A stretch of DNA of 63,979 nucleotides, filler included. It is 5 parts of 5 records of this genome, joined end to end, with 100 filler letters (N's around TTAATTAATTAA, not from the genome) between each part and the next. Parts side by side here need not be neighbours in the genome. Positions count along the whole stretch, not along the records: positions 57,499 to 63,979 come from SRR2962707_4737; 4 more parts are not named here. The stretch is one strand, 5' to 3'. Of the stretch, positions 60,741 to 63,979 are shown piece by piece. The notes under the pieces are model-generated. The model searched no databases and was not told the DNA's origin. It was given only the letters and a program-made list of their open reading frames with translations. Each line of letters opens with the position of its first letter. Within the stretch, counting starts at the first letter, position 1. A program made the translations under genes and the position numbers.

Positions 60741-62875
60741 TGCAGCATCAACCGTTTGGCGCCGCGTCTGGATTGCAGCCAGCCAATGACCTTGCCGCGT
60801 TGTTTGGTACGCCAGGATTCAAACCGGGTCGGATTATGCACAACATCTGCCTGATAGAACGACGGACATAAGATCGCAGTATCCGCCACCTCCCCGCAAT
60901 TACCACAGCCAACACAGGTTTGATCGATATGGGCCACTGGGTCATCGCGCAACGGGTCATCCAGCTTTTTCAGCGACAGCGAGGGGCAACCGGACAGCCG
61001 GATACAGGCGTGATCGCCGGTACAGACATCAGGATCAACGCCAAAGCGCGGGATATCAACGCGGCGACCTTCCTTGATCGCCTGAGTGCGCTGCGGCTTT
61101 TCGCGGCGCTGCTTGTTCAGCATACATTCAGACGATGCGACGATTACCTTGGGCCCGTCATATTCCGTCGTCAGCGCCTCGCGCAGGACCTCGCGCATTT
61201 TGCCAACATCATAGGTGCGGTCAATCTGGCGCACCCATTCAACGCCGATCCCCTTTAGCGCTGCCGAAATGGGATTATTCGTTGATTTAGTGTCGTTATT
61301 TGCGCGGCTCGATAGCACGTCCTGACCGCCTGTCGCCGCGGAATAATAGTTGTCGACGATCACCGCGACCGTATCGGATTTGTTGAAAACCATGTTCCCG
61401 ATCGAAGAGCTGAGCCCGTTGTGCCAAAATCCACCATCGCCGAGGATCGAGATCGCGCGCCGTTCCCCGCCGCCATCAAACGCCGCGTTCGAGGCTGGGC
61501 CAAGCCCGTAGCCCATGGTCGCGCCGCCGATCTCGAACGGGGGCAGCGCCGCGAACAGATGGCAGCCGATGTCGCCGCTGATCTGGTGTTTGCCCAACTC
61601 CTGCTCGGTCAGCTTCATCGCTGCGAAAATGGGCCGTTCAGGGCAACCTGTGCAAAACCCCGGCGGGCGGATCGGAACGGTTTTGGACAGATCCGGTATC
61701 TGCGGCGCTTTGGCATTTGGCGCACGAACCGTTCCCGGCAGCATCTCGGGGCCGGCGACCTTGAGGAATGCGGTCACCCCATCCAGCATAACCTGCCCGG
61801 TGTATTCGCCCGCCATCGGCAACATACCTTTGCCATGCAATTCGACCGAACTGCGCGATTTGTACAGAAAGCTGCCGAGCTGCTGTTCGATAAAATCGGG
61901 CTGCCCTTCCTCGACCACCAGCACATGTTCCTTGCCTTGGCAGAACTGGTCAAATTCGTCTTTGACCAAGGGGTATGTGACGTTCAGAACATAAAGCGGC
62001 ACATCGCTGTTGCCGTAGATATCGGCCAACCCAAGCCGCTGAAGCGCGCGCACAACGCCGTTATACATTCCCCCCTGAACCACAATTCCCAAAAGCGCGC
62101 GTTCAGGGCCGAACACTTCGTTCAGATTGTTTTCAACGATGAACTTTTCAGCCGCCGGCCAGCGGTTTTGAATTTTGTCCTGCTCGTGAAGATAGCTCAT
62201 TGGGGGCAGCACAACGCGGGCGAAATCACTGCGCGGGGCCGACAGCGCGTCGTGCACGGTCAGCGGCGGCGGGACGTTATCGTGGGTTTCAAAGCTACCC
62301 GTCACATGGCACGACCTGATCCGCACCATCAGCATCACGGGGGTATTGCTCGCTTCTGACAGCTCGAACCCGTCTTTTACGGCCTTGGTAATACTGGGTA
62401 AATTCGGGCGCGGGTCCAGCATCCAGAACTGCGATTTCATGGCAAAGGCGTGGGACCGCTCTTGCATGATCGACGACCCTTCGCCGTAATCCTCGCCCAC
62501 GATAACCAGCGCGCCGCCGGTGACGCCCGAGGAGCTGAGGTTGGCCAACGCGTCAGACGCGACATTGACGCCGACCGGCCCCTTGAACGTGACAGCGCCC
62601 CGGATGGGATAGTGGACAGAGGCGGCCAACATCGCGGCGGCGGCGGCTTCGCTTGCGTTTGCCTCGAACCGGACACCCAGTTCGCCCAGCACATCCTGCG
62701 CATCTGCCAGCACATCCATCAGGTGGCTGATCGGCGCGCCCTGATAGCCGCCAACATAGCCCACACCGTTTTCCAATAGCGCCTTGGTCAGGGCCAGAAT
62801 GCCTTCGCCGGTAAACACATCACCGTCGCCTTTGCGCAGATGCTCTACCTCTTTTTTGAAGGAACGTTCGGCCAT
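60737..62875 (-). CDS. iorA: Indolepyruvate:ferredoxin oxidoreductase alpha subunit
   Basis: GYQGAP, RPPGFCTGCPER, GDIGC, TPP motif GDGGFWHN, ferredoxin Cys motifs; start MAERSF at 62875. Confidence 0.92.
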   Translation of the reverse strand: MAERSFKKEVEHLRKGDGDVFTGEGILALTKALLENGVGYVGGYQGAPISHLMDVLADAQDVLGELGVRFEANASEAAAAAMLAASVHYPIRGAVTFKGPVGVNVASDALANLSSSGVTGGALVIVGEDYGEGSSIMQERSHAFAMKSQFWMLDPRPNLPSITKAVKDGFELSEASNTPVMLMVRIRSCHVTGSFETHDNVPPPLTVHDALSAPRSDFARVVLPPMSYLHEQDKIQNRWPAAEKFIVENNLNEVFGPERALLGIVVQGGMYNGVVRALQRLGLADIYGNSDVPLYVLNVTYPLVKDEFDQFCQGKEHVLVVEEGQPDFIEQQLGSFLYKSRSSVELHGKGMLPMAGEYTGQVMLDGVTAFLKVAGPEMLPGTVRAPNAKAPQIPDLSKTVPIRPPGFCTGCPERPIFAAMKLTEQELGKHQISGDIGCHLFAALPPFEIGGATMGYGLGPASNAAFDGGGERRAISILGDGGFWHNGLSSSIGNMVFNKSDTVAVIVDNYYSAATGGQDVLSSRANNDTKSTNNPISAALKGIGVEWVRQIDRTYDVGKMREVLREALTTEYDGPKVIVASSECMLNKQRREKPQRTQAIKEGRRVDIPRFGVDPDVCTGDHACIRLSGCPSLSLKKLDDPLRDDPVAHIDQTCVGCGNCGEVADTAILCPSFYQADVVHNPTRFESWRTKQRGKVIGWLQSRRGAKRLMLQ

Positions 62876-62885
62876 CTGGACCCTT

Positions 62886-63368
62886 TCAAAAGTCGTGCTT
62901 ACGGATGTTTTTAAGCATCTTCTGCAAAGTACCGACAAAGGCCTGTTTTTCCGCAGCACCAATGCCCGCGAACATCGCCTGATAGGCGTCAGACATATGT
63001 GGCCAAAGCCGCTCGAATGCCTCGCGTCCGCAGTCGGTCAGAAAAATACGGGTGGCCCTGCTGTCATCGGGATCAGGCTGGCGCTCGACCAACCCGTTTT
63101 GCGCCAATGCGTCCAAACCCCTGCTTAGCGTCGATTGCTGCACCACGGCGAAAACCGCAAGTTCACGGATCAAAATACCGTCGTGCACGGACAACACCGC
63201 AAGCGACCGCATCTGCGGAGTTGTCAGGCCCAGCTTGGCCATTTCTTCCTGCATGGCCGCATTATAGCGCCCCATAATCCGGTTCATCAGATAGGGCGGG
63301 AACTGGTCAAGCCCCACCTGCCCCAAGGTCGTATCAGCGCGTTTTGCCAGGCTGTCTGTGCCTTCCAT
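62886..63368 (-). CDS. MarR family regulator
   Basis: PYLMNRI, QSTLSR..D.L...GLVER..DPDDSR...I.LT..G. Confidence 0.92.
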   Translation of the reverse strand: MEGTDSLAKRADTTLGQVGLDQFPPYLMNRIMGRYNAAMQEEMAKLGLTTPQMRSLAVLSVHDGILIRELAVFAVVQQSTLSRGLDALAQNGLVERQPDPDDSRATRIFLTDCGREAFERLWPHMSDAYQAMFAGIGAAEKQAFVGTLQKMLKNIRKHDF

Positions 63369-63424
63369 TCAAGGGTCCTTTCCCTGGTCCCGGCCCAATA
63401 ATCGAACCGAAAGTGACGTATGAA

Positions 63425-63979
63425 TTAACCTTTTGGGACAAGCGCAAGCGCGCGGATCGGGCTGCCTGTACCATGCTCGATCTTCAGCGGTGCGGCGATC
63501 AAAATCGCCCCCTTGGCAGGAAGCTTGTCAAGATTGGCAAGCGAGGCGAGGCCAAAGCAATTGTCGCGATGCAAGAGGTTATGCGCGGGGTATGGTGGCT
63601 CCATCCCGCCCGCTTGGCCAGCATCGGTGCCAATGCACTGTGTGCCCCAGCCGACGATCCCCTTGGACAGCAGGTATTCGATACAATCAGGCGTCGGGCC
63701 GGGGCTGTGGGGGCCGGTATCGTCAGCGTTCAGGAATTTTTCGGCGTCGTTCACGCGCTTGTCCCAATCGGTGCGCATCACAACCCATTCGCCCTTGCCG
63801 ATCGCCCCGTGTTCAGCTTCCCATGCTTTCACACCATCTGCGGTCAGCAGGAAATCTTCGTTCTGGGCGGATTGGGCGGCGCAATCGATGACATTAACGG
63901 GTGCCACCAGCCGCTGCACATCCAACGTGTCGGTATAACCGTCCTCGTAATCCTTGCCGGTGATCCAGTGGTGCGGCGC
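63425..63979 (-). CDS. Cyclase family amidohydrolase, isatin hydrolase-like (5' truncated)
   Basis: APHHWITGKDY..GYTDTLDVQRL, GPHSPGP, IGTDAGQAGG, PAHNLLH, PLKIEHGTGSPIRALA; by recall very close to characterised Labrenzia isatin hydrolase. Confidence 0.85.
   Translation of the reverse strand, partial: APHHWITGKDYEDGYTDTLDVQRLVAPVNVIDCAAQSAQNEDFLLTADGVKAWEAEHGAIGKGEWVVMRTDWDKRVNDAEKFLNADDTGPHSPGPTPDCIEYLLSKGIVGWGTQCIGTDAGQAGGMEPPYPAHNLLHRDNCFGLASLANLDKLPAKGAILIAAPLKIEHGTGSPIRALALVPKG

Noticed and set aside
1..63979. CRISPR arrays, tRNA/rRNA genes, transposases, defence systems
   Set aside because: No regularly spaced repeats, structural RNA signatures or matching protein motifs seen by eye

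Overview
The window is not one replicon. It holds five unrelated contigs joined by identical 100-bp artificial linkers (N-run/TTAATTAATTAA/N-run). (1) 1-11989, high-GC alphaproteobacterium (Devosia/Pelagibacterium-like): K+/H+ antiporter, polar amino-acid ABC transporter, TetR, and a phosphoester-scavenging operon (metallophosphodiesterase, two paralogous solute-binding proteins, two permeases, PtpB-like phosphatase, UgpC-like ATPase). A candidate PHO box overlaps the TetR operator upstream of that operon. (2) 12090-25714, Rhodospirillales-like housekeeping region: ppa, MFS, two GT9 glycosyltransferases, ampG, typA, PfkB kinase, EI24/CysZ, bactofilin, nth, DUF2244, dapB, dnaJ, plus an AT-rich CtrA-box cluster. 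(3) 25815-47019, Rhizobiales-like: glycine riboswitch-gcvTHP, a cellulose synthase operon bcsA-bcsB-TPR-bcsN lacking bcsZ, TetR-MFP-RND efflux, homocysteine S-methyltransferase, livMGF. (4) 47120-57398, eukaryotic DNA with GT-AG introns: a 7-exon HPS5/TECPR2-like beta-propeller protein ending in a complete RING-H2 finger, and a convergent unknown, probably myristoylated protein. (5) 57499-63979, Roseobacter-like: xylA, DUF1045, and an isatin hydrolase-MarR-iorA-iorB module suggesting indole/auxin catabolism. No rRNA, tRNA, CRISPR array or transposase was seen. Taxonomic labels are impressions from gene content, not computed.
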